From a virus (Duplodnaviria > Caudoviricetes), in IMG/VR virus record IMGVR_UViG_3300022670_000781, positions 1 to 52,655 of that record: 52,655 bases of DNA; one strand, written 5' to 3'. Positions 9,030-18,065 of the stretch are shown here, in pieces (position 1 is the stretch's first letter; each line of letters opens with the position of its first letter). The notes beneath the pieces were generated by a model, which did not search any database, had not been told where the DNA came from, and was given only the letters and a program-made list of their open reading frames with translations. The translations under genes and the position numbers were made by a program.

Positions 9030-10349
9030 TTATCCAACGTGAATTTGTGGGGGTTTCTTAATCATCAGTTGAGTTAATCCCCAAACAAGGGCATCAATTC
9101 GGTTAGGGGATTCGTTAGTATTCTCAGGAACCCACTCTGTCATCTCAGCTTCCAAATCAGGAAGGTATTTGTCATGCCTAATTTTACCCTGTTCGTATAG
9201 CTGTTGGACAGGTTCGGCCCTTGCAAATTTACCTTTAGCCGCATGAACTTTTACTACTTTTATACTTCGATCAATGTTTTTAATAGCATCTACTACTAAA
9301 TCACCGCCTTGGTTGGTTTCAACGACTACATAATTAGCATCAAACTTATGATACATATTTACAACACGTTGGGCCCAAGTCTGGGTACTTGCTTTAATTG
9401 ACCAGTCGTCAAGTACTACACCTTCATTGTTTTCATCTAATCCGCAACCTACTATACCGCATAAATCAGAATTGGCATTGTTGGTAACCGCAGGGTCAAC
9501 TGCTATTATAACCTTTTTTAAGATCCCTGCAAGTTTAGCTTTGGCAAAGGAGAGCTCTGCATCTGACCACAATGCTCCTTCGATGTCAGATAAGAATAAT
9601 CCTTCTAAGAATCGTTCCCGTTGTCGCTTCGGTAAATTTTCCAGTATGTCAATGTAGGCAGGGGGTAGGTTCTCGATGTTGTCTTTGGGGTTAACCAACA
9701 AAAACTCTGTATCGAGCTTGGATGGATCTTTAGAGCCAGGAATTAGTTTTTCGACGAACTCAACATAAGTCCAATGTTTCTTGCCTGGCGGGTTACAGTC
9801 ATAATAAAATCGAAGGTTAAGCCCTGAGTTCTCAGCTAATCGGGTACGGAGCATTGTAACCGCTTCGTAATTTATTTGAGAACACTCATTCAAGTATATT
9901 GTGGAGTATTCGTTACCAAGTATTTTTTCTACCCGTTCCTTATCATCAACCCCGCCTATCCAAATTTCTGAAGTCTCACCATTCCCCAGATCTAACGTAA
10001 TAAACCAATCTGACTTGTTCTCTTTGTATTTGACGCCAGGAAAGCACATCTTCAGTACTTTAGGTATGGTGTCATACCATAATGAGGTCTTAGCGTGGTT
10101 AAATCTAAAGCGGGCTATTAAATGGCGACTTGGAGTTTTCATAGCCCGCATAATTATATTACGAACTATGATAGTGGTTTTACCAGAACGCGAACCCCCA
10201 TACAACATCGAGTGTTGGTGATGATTCATTACATTGCAAGCTTCTCTTTGCTTGAACGTCTTAGTAAAAGCCATTGATAGCTTCGACTTATCAAATTCAG
10301 GGGGCGCTTTGGATAGTATTTTTTCTACCCTAGCTGGTACGGCCTTCAA
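9030..10349 (-). CDS. terL: Terminase large subunit
   Basis: Walker A GGSRSGKT, YLNEC (Walker B), DCNP coupling motif, nuclease motifs AVDPA, VVETNQGG and SPNRIDAL. Confidence 0.95.
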   Translation of the reverse strand: MKAVPARVEKILSKAPPEFDKSKLSMAFTKTFKQREACNVMNHHQHSMLYGGSRSGKTTIIVRNIIMRAMKTPSRHLIARFRFNHAKTSLWYDTIPKVLKMCFPGVKYKENKSDWFITLDLGNGETSEIWIGGVDDKERVEKILGNEYSTIYLNECSQINYEAVTMLRTRLAENSGLNLRFYYDCNPPGKKHWTYVEFVEKLIPGSKDPSKLDTEFLLVNPKDNIENLPPAYIDILENLPKRQRERFLEGLFLSDIEGALWSDAELSFAKAKLAGILKKVIIAVDPAVTNNANSDLCGIVGCGLDENNEGVVLDDWSIKASTQTWAQRVVNMYHKFDANYVVVETNQGGDLVVDAIKNIDRSIKVVKVHAAKGKFARAEPVQQLYEQGKIRHDKYLPDLEAEMTEWVPENTNESPNRIDALVWGLTQLMIKKPPQIHVG

Positions 10350-10843
10350 GCCTCTGCATCCTGACTATCGAAGTGTAGATGGACAGTAGCGACAGTAGCT
10401 TGGTCAGGCATTTGCATACCCTTAATTTTTGATAGCTTATCCCAAGCAGCTATTCGGGCACCGTGGTTTGTTCCATCACCTACAAAACAAGCTTCTTTTT
10501 TAAGCCCCGCAATTATCTCATTACGACTACAGAGTTCATCTTCTTTCATTCCCTCAATGGCTTGAGTAAGAAGCATGAGGGTGTAAGGCTCTCTTAAAAA
10601 CTCACTACCCTGTCTTGAAGCTGATGGGGTAGGTGTACCTATTTCTAAAGCTGCCCGAGTAGCATTCCAATGCACCACATATTTCGCTATGAATCGTTGA
10701 CGTCTACGTTTTGCACCAGTTTGCATTTTATGTTCGACTCGACCGGCAAGCTTAATAGAGTTAGCACTTTTGGCATCACGGGCTTCACTGCCTGTCTTCT
10801 TTTTTTTGTGCTTTGGTGGCTTAGGAGGTCTGCGCTTAGACAT
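10346..10843 (-). CDS. terS: Terminase small subunit
   Basis: RFIAKYVVHWNATRAALEIG HTH pattern; immediately upstream of terL; ATG at 10843 has an AAGGA RBS. Confidence 0.8.
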   Translation of the reverse strand: MSKRRPPKPPKHKKKKTGSEARDAKSANSIKLAGRVEHKMQTGAKRRRQRFIAKYVVHWNATRAALEIGTPTPSASRQGSEFLREPYTLMLLTQAIEGMKEDELCSRNEIIAGLKKEACFVGDGTNHGARIAAWDKLSKIKGMQMPDQATVATVHLHFDSQDAEA

Positions 10844-10936
10844 AAAATTCCTTAATAGCAAGTGGATAATTTACTAGGGTAATACACTTTCTATAAAGTT
10901 TCAAGGATATAAAACAAAAGAACATATTATGGATGG

Positions 10937-11281
10937 TTACCAATTTTTTTGTTCTTTCCAATATAGGGAGTTATTCCACCACTTTTTCAACACTACATGA
11001 TCATGGAATTGTGATTCAATAACCTTTTTAGGAATCCAAATACCGTAGTCGTTATAAATAAATAGTCGGGCCTTCGCAGTGGTGGGACCTTCAGCATCAA
11101 ACGGGACACAGATACACCCTTCAGTATTGATATAATCAAAAGGGGGTAGTTGACACTTAATCTCAACTACGTTATCTGGTGTTCCCGCAATAGGCTTGGT
11201 TTCGCTCGGGGTATTACCGAAGCTTTGTGCATACAAAGCATATGTCTCTTCAAAGTGGGGTCGTTCTGCAAATGTCATCAT
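10937..11281 (-). CDS. Hypothetical protein
   Basis: ORF coupled to the upstream gene by an ATGA overlap. Confidence 0.6.
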   Translation of the reverse strand: MMTFAERPHFEETYALYAQSFGNTPSETKPIAGTPDNVVEIKCQLPPFDYINTEGCICVPFDAEGPTTAKARLFIYNDYGIWIPKKVIESQFHDHVVLKKWWNNSLYWKEQKNW

Positions 11282-11805
11282 CTTAATTTTCCTGTTATAA
11301 TGGCTGCATGTAGAACAGCTATGGCATCTGCCAAGTGTTCAGCTTGTCCTTTTAGTATACCCCCATTACTCTTAATAGGCCAGTTTAGATTAGGATAAAG
11401 TGATACAGCCCAGTCAATCATATCAGTTTTAGTAGCAGTTGAATCCCCAGTGGCTGCGAGTTTAACTTGCGTTGGGGTAACCTCAATTAATGGTATTGGG
11501 TTACTTGCCAAAATCCCGACAACAATACCCAACGCATGCCCAGCAGCCGCCGACTGGGAACCGCTTGGTATTTCCGCGGCACAATAGTCCATACCTACAC
11601 AATTACGCATATACTGCTTCTGAATATACTGGGCCCTTGCTAGATTAATACTACATTTCAAGCGCCCTTTTCTATTCTTAGGCATATGTGTGACCACAAG
11701 CTGTAATCGATACGGCTCCAATTCTTTTGTCTCGGTATTATAGTACGCTTGCACTATACCAAAGTTATTGAATGCGGCATCTATACCGACTACACGAAGG
11801 ATCAT
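11278..11805 (-). CDS. RuvC-like Holliday junction resolvase
   Basis: VVGIDAA, AEIP, VTPTQVKLAATG...ATKTDMI, HLADAIA catalytic pattern. Confidence 0.85.
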   Translation of the reverse strand: MILRVVGIDAAFNNFGIVQAYYNTETKELEPYRLQLVVTHMPKNRKGRLKCSINLARAQYIQKQYMRNCVGMDYCAAEIPSGSQSAAAGHALGIVVGILASNPIPLIEVTPTQVKLAATGDSTATKTDMIDWAVSLYPNLNWPIKSNGGILKGQAEHLADAIAVLHAAIITGKLR

Positions 11806-11807
11806 TT

Positions 11808-12083
11808 TTAAGAAGGTACCGGTTTGTCAGCGGCCCCCTTTTGACCAGTTGAAACATAACCAGCTTCAAAGTCAGGGGGATCCATTACAGGTTTCTTACT
11901 TAAAATTTCCAAGCGGGTCATATCAAAATAATGTCCAGTAACAACACCATCTTTATCAGCCGGAGGAGTTAAAACTGCCTGAATACATCCGAAAAGATCA
12001 AATGATATAGTAGTGATAACACCTCTAAAGCCGGTCACTTTATCCTTGGCTTTAAATCCCAATAATGCAATATGTTCGTTCAT
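11808..12083 (-). CDS. Phage hypothetical protein
   Basis: LGFKAKDKVTGFRGVIT...GCIQ motif; start MNEHIALL with an AAGGAG RBS. Confidence 0.65.
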   Translation of the reverse strand: MNEHIALLGFKAKDKVTGFRGVITTISFDLFGCIQAVLTPPADKDGVVTGHYFDMTRLEILSKKPVMDPPDFEAGYVSTGQKGAADKPVPS

Positions 12084-12084
12084 G

Positions 12085-12423
12085 TTAACGCTCCTTAATG
12101 AAAAGGGAGAGACGTTCTCCCTTGTGTTCAATATTGTTTGCTTTTATGTTAGTGCAATCCCCATCGATAAACTTGAGATTGCCAGTCGGATAAAACCCAG
12201 CTAAGTAAACCCAACAGATAGCAGCACAACTATACTCACCTTCTTTGATCTTCAAAGTGAATCTAGTATACTTACCTTGTTTCTTTATGCTACCCGCAGG
12301 CTTACCACCCATCCCATTTGTTACAAACCGATGCTTGCGCCACTTGAGTATTCCATCATACGGGAGATAGTAAAATAGGTGACGAACTTCGTGGGATTTA
12401 GGTATTAGCTTTGGTTTTGCCAT
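12085..12423 (-). CDS. Degenerate HNH-endonuclease-like protein
   Basis: LFYY.P.DG.L.W...GKPAGS...W.Y..G.YP...IDGD..N scaffold, but the usual His residues are absent. Confidence 0.6.
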   Translation of the reverse strand: MAKPKLIPKSHEVRHLFYYLPYDGILKWRKHRFVTNGMGGKPAGSIKKQGKYTRFTLKIKEGEYSCAAICWVYLAGFYPTGNLKFIDGDCTNIKANNIEHKGERLSLFIKER

Positions 12424-12685
12424 TGACTTGTCCTTTCAGATATTTTTTATCCAGTTTCTTACGTTCACGGATATACCACCTCACGGTGTCTTTGAATTCC
12501 TTGTGCCAATAGTTTACCGTATTTAATACCCCGTTTTCACCACCCCAAACAACAGTACTTGGGCTCTTTATAACAATATTAGCTTCAATGGTAAGATCAT
12601 GCTCAATGTCAATGATATCACCTCGAAGAACTTTATCAAGCTTTTTAACGGCAGCCTTATACTGGCGAGTTGTCATTATAGCCAC
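12398..12685 (-). CDS. Hypothetical protein
   Basis: ORF in a tightly packed leftward operon. Confidence 0.6.
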   Translation of the reverse strand: MAIMTTRQYKAAVKKLDKVLRGDIIDIEHDLTIEANIVIKSPSTVVWGGENGVLNTVNYWHKEFKDTVRWYIRERKKLDKKYLKGQVNGKTKANT

Positions 12686-12687
12686 AA

Positions 12688-12966
12688 TCAGGACTCCTGT
12701 CTTTGAACATTTCGTACGGTATCACTTACTGTGGTTATAGCTGAAATAAGTGACTTCAATGTATTCCATATACTAGAGTCATAATTAAAAGTAAACCGGA
12801 CACTGCACAGTTCATTTTCAACACTAACCATGATATTTTTGGTGGCCTCTAGCATTATAATATGCTCACCGAAACATTTTGTAGCGGCTTTGATATCTTG
12901 GTCTAATGGAATTTGAAACCCACTTGACTTCATAGTTTCTAAGTCTTCAAGAGTAATCTTAATCAT
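12688..12966 (-). CDS. Hypothetical protein
   Basis: ORF with AAGGT RBS; operon context. Confidence 0.6.
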   Translation of the reverse strand: MIKITLEDLETMKSSGFQIPLDQDIKAATKCFGEHIIMLEATKNIMVSVENELCSVRFTFNYDSSIWNTLKSLISAITTVSDTVRNVQRQES

Positions 12967-13056
12967 AACAACTTACCTTTAATCTAATTATTATTTAGAA
13001 ATTAATTATCCCATACCTTAGTACTCGAATCAATTTCTTTTATGATTTTAGGCAAT

Positions 13057-13082
13057 AAAAAACCCATCGGTTAGGACGGGTT
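13057..13082 (-). terminator. Rho-independent terminator
   Basis: Minus strand AACCCGTC-CTAACC-GATGGGTT followed by TTTT. Confidence 0.6.
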
Positions 13083-13100
13083 GGGCCTTGTCGGGGGTTG

Positions 13101-13844
13101 TTACAGAAGTACAAAAGGAATAGCGATCCATCCCATTGTTTGCACTACGTTAGCGAAAAACGATTTAGCTTTAGACGCGCCTGTCTCTAATGAGTTAAAC
13201 GTTGCGCGACTAGCTGCATCCCGTGCCATTTCGATAGACTTCTCACTAAAGCTTAAGCATGCCTTACAACCTTTGTTGTACATTCCCATGTAGACTTGAG
13301 CTTGCGCTAGGTGAAAGCTTGATAGTTCACGGTTAATACATTGGGCTGTTGCCCCACTAACAGCAATACCTGCCGCTAGTCCTTGAACACCTACAGAGTC
13401 AACACAGCCTGAAGCAATAGCAGCCATTGCAGTATTTGCAGCTTCTAATGTATTACCAAACTGAATGTTGTTAGTGTTATCCCCAGCCCTTGAGTTAGAT
13501 TTTGAATTAGACCCCTCTGAATATGAGCCGTTAGATACCCCGACATAGCTACGGTTAGAGTTATCGTTTTTGTTCTTGCTCAGGTTAAGGTTTTGATTCT
13601 TGTTGGCGTTTAAATTGACGCTCTTATTGGTTACATCGACAATGGTTCGGTTACTTGCAGCGGCGGCCAAAATGTTTTTAACATCTGTGCTTTGCCCCTG
13701 CCCCATTTGTTGACCTTGAGCCATTTGCTGACCTTGCGCCTGCCCCATTTCTTGCCCTTGCCCCTGATTAGAGCCGAATGCAAAAGCACCCAGACTTATC
13801 GACATTGCAAGTATCGCAGTTGTGATTTTAACTTTCATATCCAT
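13101..13844 (-). CDS. Exported/membrane-anchored Q/G- and N-rich protein
   Basis: Signal peptide ending in AFA, QGQ repeats, N-rich tract, four Cys, hydrophobic C-terminus. Confidence 0.7.
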   Translation of the reverse strand: MDMKVKITTAILAMSISLGAFAFGSNQGQGQEMGQAQGQQMAQGQQMGQGQSTDVKNILAAAASNRTIVDVTNKSVNLNANKNQNLNLSKNKNDNSNRSYVGVSNGSYSEGSNSKSNSRAGDNTNNIQFGNTLEAANTAMAAIASGCVDSVGVQGLAAGIAVSGATAQCINRELSSFHLAQAQVYMGMYNKGCKACLSFSEKSIEMARDAASRATFNSLETGASKAKSFFANVVQTMGWIAIPFVLL

Positions 13845-13935
13845 ACCTTCTTAATTAATTTAAGGTTGATCCGTTTAATACCTAAATTCATTTTTGATTA
13901 TATGGGAAAGCAAATAACATTTCAATAGGGTAAAG

Positions 13936-14150
13936 CTAATTTACTTGATCATTAAACTCTTTTGTGGTTATGTTCCATTTAGTACAATGCCCTTTGATCT
14001 CATCATCTGGGCATTCAACTTTGTATTGGATAGGATTGGCCACAAATACAAATGGTTCATGGACAATGAATTCACCTGCAAATTTAATCACTAAGGTTAT
14101 GGTTACGACACCAATGAAGAGATAAGCTAAGACCTCTTTGCATTTGGCCA
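13936..14150 (-). CDS. Small membrane protein
   Basis: Likely start MAKCKEVL (GAAG/GGGG RBS); one predicted TM helix. Confidence 0.55.
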
Positions 14151-14156
14151 TCACTT

Positions 14157-14684
14157 CTACCCCCAGTACATATAGGCTATGATGGACAGATAGATCACAT
14201 GGAGTAATCGGACGCCCCATATCATACCCTTAACTTTGAGTGATATCTCATTAAACATTGTTTGTAACTTATCTACCTGTTCAAACCCATTTTTACAGAT
14301 CTTATCAATCTTCTCACGTAATTCTTGGTTCTTTTCAATTGCTTCACCTAAGAGTTGGCGATAGGTATTATCATCTTTCTCAGCTTCTTTTCTGATCCGT
14401 TTGATAGTTTCAACGTGAGAATCAGTCTGTTTCTTAGCCGATTTATACATATGTTTAAGCTTGGTGCACTCTTTGCAATTTACTTCTGCATAGGCGGTCG
14501 TTTGTATAGTACAATCTTCTGTATGGCTATACACATCACAAAACGCAATGGCCAGGTCTGAGCGAACACCATCAATACTAAAGCAATTAGAATCAGCTCC
14601 TTTACGAGCCTCGTAAGCGATTTGTTCATTTAACGTCACAAATCCTTCTGTTTTATCTTTATTCCAAACTAAAAACATAACCAT
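14157..14684 (-). CDS. Hypothetical coiled-coil protein with a C-terminal TM segment
   Basis: ORF track; sigma70-like promoter upstream (TTGATT-N16-TATAAT, about 14717-14744). Confidence 0.6.
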   Translation of the reverse strand: MVMFLVWNKDKTEGFVTLNEQIAYEARKGADSNCFSIDGVRSDLAIAFCDVYSHTEDCTIQTTAYAEVNCKECTKLKHMYKSAKKQTDSHVETIKRIRKEAEKDDNTYRQLLGEAIEKNQELREKIDKICKNGFEQVDKLQTMFNEISLKVKGMIWGVRLLHVIYLSIIAYMYWG

Positions 14685-14736
14685 TTCCTGTTTTATTGGG
14701 TTATCGATTAATCTATATTATAACCTAGAACTAGAA

Positions 14737-15261
14737 CTAATCAACGTTACTTGGAGTCTTCTTTGTGGCCTCTTCCCACTCTGAACGGGTAGGCTCTTCC
14801 ATAACACAATTGTCAGGATACTTTTCCCGCAGGTACCAAGGTAGATCACCGCCGCACCAAACATTGTTACTGAATATCACTGTCCCATCTGTTTTGGTTA
14901 TCTTGAACGCTCGACCACCATGCCCCAAAAACTTTTGAGAACCTAATTCAATACCGCTAGGACTAAACATAGTACCTTGCCATAAGACCTGACTATTAAG
15001 CTTAGGTTCTCTCTCTTGCCACAAATTACAGATGAAACATAAGCTCCGACTTACCATTTGTTCTTTATCTGGCTCACAATAAGTAGCTGTTTCAGGAACT
15101 CCGCAACACTTACAAACGAGATAAATATCAGATTCAGGGTCCATTAGATGTAAGTTATGGACAACATGTTTAACTGCATGTTGCTCGATACCTGATAAAG
15201 GCCTTCTGTCAGATGCCAGTACGTACTCATAATAATGCCCTAGTACCGTTGGGTGGATCAT
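14737..15261 (-). CDS. Phage hypothetical protein with CxCC/CxxC motifs
   Basis: GHGGRAFKI...DG..I.SNNVW.GG motif; AAGGAG RBS. Confidence 0.65.
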   Translation of the reverse strand: MIHPTVLGHYYEYVLASDRRPLSGIEQHAVKHVVHNLHLMDPESDIYLVCKCCGVPETATYCEPDKEQMVSRSLCFICNLWQEREPKLNSQVLWQGTMFSPSGIELGSQKFLGHGGRAFKITKTDGTVIFSNNVWCGGDLPWYLREKYPDNCVMEEPTRSEWEEATKKTPSNVD

Positions 15262-15374
15262 GAAAAATCTCCTTTACTTCTACGTTTAAACCTAGCTTTT
15301 CTACGCTGACGCATTGCACGATTATTCTTTTGCTTGACCTTAGCCTTCCAGTCACGTTTTTGTTTATTACACAT
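15258..15374 (-). CDS. 38-aa Arg/Lys-rich peptide
   Basis: MCNKQKRDWKAKVKQKNNRAMRQRRKARFKRRSKGDFS; its stop overlaps the next ATG (ATGA); G-rich RBS. Confidence 0.55.
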   Translation of the reverse strand: MCNKQKRDWKAKVKQKNNRAMRQRRKARFKRRSKGDFS

Positions 15375-15393
15375 ACCCTACCCCGTTAATTAA

Positions 15394-15464
15394 GTGTTCG
15401 CTGCGGGAATCGAACCCACAGCCTGGTTCCAACATGATACAACCTGGCCACCGAGTAGCGAACA
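15394..15464 (-). ncRNA. tRNA-like element (acceptor stem plus T-arm, no D-stem, no CCA)
   Basis: Minus strand TGTTCGCT...AGCGAACA 8-bp stem; GTGGG-TTCGATT-CCCGC T-arm; central GCC-a-GGTT...AACC-a-GGC stem with CAT in the loop. Confidence 0.6.
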
Positions 15465-15469
15465 TAACA

Positions 15470-15649
15470 TTATTTACCCATTGGAGACCATTTGGTTCTC
15501 AATCGTTTGACCAATTCTTCTTCACCATGAATAGCACTGATATGCATGCATAAACCAAAAGTCGAATTAAACCTACGGTTATGTTTATTCTTACAGCCTC
15601 GAACTGGGCATTGTAACCCAGAAATATTTTTAGCAGCACTACAAGTCAT
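15470..15649 (-). CDS. 59-aa C2H2 zinc-finger-like protein
   Basis: CPVRGC-x7-F-x5-L-x2-H-x4-H; GGAG RBS; below the ORF-track cutoff. Confidence 0.6.
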   Translation of the reverse strand: MTCSAAKNISGLQCPVRGCKNKHNRRFNSTFGLCMHISAIHGEEELVKRLRTKWSPMGK

Positions 15650-15650
15650 C

Positions 15651-15962
15651 TTACACTCCGGTTAAAGCTATTTGAACTGACATATAGATTGCGCCATCGA
15701 AGCTAAGATGTCTCACAGTAATTGGCTTCTTGAACATCCAACCCCCACCATCAACAGTCTTACGCTTCTTAGGCCCAGCAAATATGGTACCCTGAATGGG
15801 CCATACTGAGACCGGCCGAATACCTTGACTAATATTAATACTAAACGTCTCTTCAGTCACCCCTCTTTTGGATGTAAACGTGGATTTCTTGATCACAGCC
15901 GTTAACCCTGCCTCTTTGATAGTAACGATAGCAGATTCTATTTGTTTTTTGATCTTACTCAT
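15651..15962 (-). CDS. Hypothetical protein
   Basis: ORF with AATTGGAGTA RBS. Confidence 0.65.
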   Translation of the reverse strand: MSKIKKQIESAIVTIKEAGLTAVIKKSTFTSKRGVTEETFSINISQGIRPVSVWPIQGTIFAGPKKRKTVDGGGWMFKKPITVRHLSFDGAIYMSVQIALTGV

Positions 15963-15990
15963 TTAAGATACTCCAATTAGTTATACCAAC

Positions 15991-16017
15991 AAAACCCCGC
16001 TAAAGAGCGAGGCTGTT
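15991..16017 (-). terminator. Rho-independent terminator
   Basis: Minus strand GCCTCGCT-CTTT-AGCGGGGT followed by TTTGTT. Confidence 0.65.
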
Positions 16018-16030
16018 ACTTAAGTTAACT

Positions 16031-16222
16031 TTAAAGTTCAGATGATCTAAGAGCGATAAACTTTTTAGCTTGACCGAAAGAAGTAACTTCTCCGCTCTCA
16101 ACAAGCCACTTAGGAAGGTTGTCAGCTGTTTTGTAGTTATCCCAGTTGTTAAGGATTAGAAGAAGTTCATCTCTTGGGAAGAGGTAAGTAACGTCATTGT
16201 GAATGTAAGTGAAAGCCGCCAT
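16031..16222 (-). CDS. Small monocistronic early protein (MAAFTYIH...)
   Basis: Start reassigned to ATG 16222, which follows the conserved leader and an AAGGA RBS; has its own promoter and terminator. Confidence 0.7.
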   Translation of the reverse strand: MAAFTYIHNDVTYLFPRDELLLILNNWDNYKTADNLPKWLVESGEVTSFGQAKKFIALRSSEL

Positions 16223-16288
16223 GATGTTTTCCTTTTGTTTGTTCTGATTCGATATAACCATTATACTAACAAAAGGATTATTGATCAA
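16223..16288 (-). promoter_or_regulatory. Sigma70-like promoter plus conserved leader
   Basis: TTGATC-N17-TATAAT followed by ATCGAATCAGAACAAACAAAAGG. Confidence 0.7.
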
Positions 16289-16291
16289 GGA

Positions 16292-16486
16292 TTACTCTGA
16301 AGATTTAACCTTATCAATCAGCTTCAGGTTATCAATCATAGTCCAAGCTTCATTACGTGTCACATGGGAGCTATGATCCACATACCACCAAAAGCAAAAG
16401 CATGTAACCCGTTTCTGAACTATGTATCTAGTTGGTAGGTAGGCCATGGGACTTGCTTTTAGTATCACTTTGTATTTAAGCATCAT
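16292..16486 (-). CDS. Hypothetical protein
   Basis: Coupled ORF in the leftward accessory operon. Confidence 0.55.
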   Translation of the reverse strand: MMLKYKVILKASPMAYLPTRYIVQKRVTCFCFWWYVDHSSHVTRNEAWTMIDNLKLIDKVKSSE

Positions 16487-16797
16487 TTAGAGTCCTTAGT
16501 TGCTTTTAGAATTGTTACCAAGCAACTATCTGTGTGCTCTATATTACTACAATATTCGGCACTCATAGAGCAATCTCGGCACTGATAAACACCAGCGTTA
16601 TCATTCCATTCATTGTCGTAAACTGCTGCTACGATAGCTTTATCAAACAACTCTGTTTTAATAAGAGTATAGCCTTCTAGACTATCGATTAATTCATTAA
16701 CATTATTGTATAACGTGTCACACATTTGCTCACTCATGTGATCCGGATCAAGAAGGTCCCGAACCTGCTCTAGCGTTTTCTTTAGCTTATCAGTCAT
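16483..16797 (-). CDS. Hypothetical protein with a CxxC...HxxxC motif
   Basis: YQCRDC...EHTDSCLV; GAGG RBS. Confidence 0.6.
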   Translation of the reverse strand: MTDKLKKTLEQVRDLLDPDHMSEQMCDTLYNNVNELIDSLEGYTLIKTELFDKAIVAAVYDNEWNDNAGVYQCRDCSMSAEYCSNIEHTDSCLVTILKATKDSK

Positions 16798-16809
16798 CCC
16801 TCTTCTCCG

Positions 16810-17004
16810 TTACTTATGATTATACCAAATGCGAAATTTAGTAACCAGCCACCATGTTATAGCCACAAAAAGCAGAACTCGCGACCCTAATCCGGCTTCT
16901 TCCCCACTACTAACACCTATGATACCTACAACGATCAAAATCCAACATATGATCAAATGGTTTTTCAGTTTCTTACTGGTTTGTTCGATTAATACAGTTT
17001 TCAT
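16810..17004 (-). CDS. Small two-TM membrane protein
   Basis: Two hydrophobic segments; AATTGGAGTAA RBS. Confidence 0.65.
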   Translation of the reverse strand: MKTVLIEQTSKKLKNHLIICWILIVVGIIGVSSGEEAGLGSRVLLFVAITWWLVTKFRIWYNHK

Positions 17005-17008
17005 GAGC

Positions 17009-17350
17009 TTACTCCAATTGATTATTGATTTCGGAATCTAAAAGGTACTCGATATTATCCCCTGAATCGTTGACGGTTTCACCTAGCCACGAATCGACTT
17101 CGTCAGGGGTGTAATCGGCGGATACCTTCATAGCGGCCTTCATTAGAAGACGTTCTCTTGGAGTTATGACACAATCCCCCTGATCAATGACAGACAATAG
17201 TTGTTGATCCATTCCAGTTAAGGTCTTTCGAATACCCTTAATAACATTAGCATCATTATCATCGACAAAAGTAATCTCGCTTAACATTTTCAATGATGCT
17301 TGAAGTAAAACTCGATTAGTAACATTTAAATATTCTTGTTCAGTCATCAT
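17009..17350 (-). CDS. Hypothetical protein
   Basis: ORF track; GGAG RBS. Confidence 0.6.
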   Translation of the reverse strand: MMTEQEYLNVTNRVLLQASLKMLSEITFVDDNDANVIKGIRKTLTGMDQQLLSVIDQGDCVITPRERLLMKAAMKVSADYTPDEVDSWLGETVNDSGDNIEYLLDSEINNQLE

Positions 17351-17630
17351 TCTTCTCCGGTTCTGGACGAACTACTAGATCAAGCCCTTCAGGGGATGGT
17401 ATTCGTTTCATCGGCTCAAATAGGTAGCAGTTCCAACCCATCATTTCGGACTTAGCGAATACTATTCTGGCCTGTTCTCGGTCTTCTATAATTACATTCG
17501 GTCGGTCAGCATCCTCGAATACAATCATATATGCTAAGTACTGATCTACTCCATTAACTACAGGAGCACAGAAAACACCTTTTCCGCTCTCTTCTGGAGA
17601 CGGTAATGGCGGGAATGTGTTATCCATCAC
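17340..17630 (-). CDS. Hypothetical protein
   Basis: Overlap-coupled ORF. Confidence 0.6.
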   Translation of the reverse strand: MMDNTFPPLPSPEESGKGVFCAPVVNGVDQYLAYMIVFEDADRPNVIIEDREQARIVFAKSEMMGWNCYLFEPMKRIPSPEGLDLVVRPEPEKNDD

Positions 17631-17902
17631 TTCAACCTCTTCATTCTACGTTTTTTACTACCTGACTGTCTCTGCCACTTCTCAGGCTCCCGTTCTTTAT
17701 ACCCCGAATAAGGATTTATATCAATGTTTAGTTCAGATAAGTCCATAGGTGTAACTGGGTAGTCCAGTACCTTCAGTTCATCAAACAATACCTTTTCTAG
17801 ATCGGCAACTGGTATGATCTCAAGGTCACACGACTCTAAAACGTTTATTAGGGCTTGACATATCAACCCCGCGTGACTAGGTCCTATTACTACAATTTTC
17901 AT
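17627..17902 (-). CDS. Hypothetical protein
   Basis: Overlap-coupled ORF. Confidence 0.55.
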   Translation of the reverse strand: MKIVVIGPSHAGLICQALINVLESCDLEIIPVADLEKVLFDELKVLDYPVTPMDLSELNIDINPYSGYKEREPEKWQRQSGSKKRRMKRLK

Positions 17903-18054
17903 AAGTCACTCTTATCCCATCCAAATTTAATTCGATCTAGCTGCCACCAATGTTTCCAGTACCCACCCATTAAGAAGCAATACCGGAAACATAGGCGTCC
18001 AACTTGGGCTTCGTAGGCTGTTGCACCTTTGCCGGCTGTGAACACAAATTTCAT
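17899..18054 (-). CDS. 51-aa Trp-rich hypothetical protein
   Basis: [51 protein letters not shown]; GGGAG RBS; fills the gap with an ATGA overlap; not in the ORF track. Confidence 0.6.
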   Translation of the reverse strand: MKFVFTAGKGATAYEAQVGRLCFRYCFLMGGYWKHWWQLDRIKFGWDKSDL

Positions 18055-18065
18055 GATAAACTCCC

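Noticed and set aside
15394-15464. Functional tRNA-Met(CAU)
   Set aside because: No D-stem, an irregular anticodon arm and no CCA. Kept only as a tRNA-like element.
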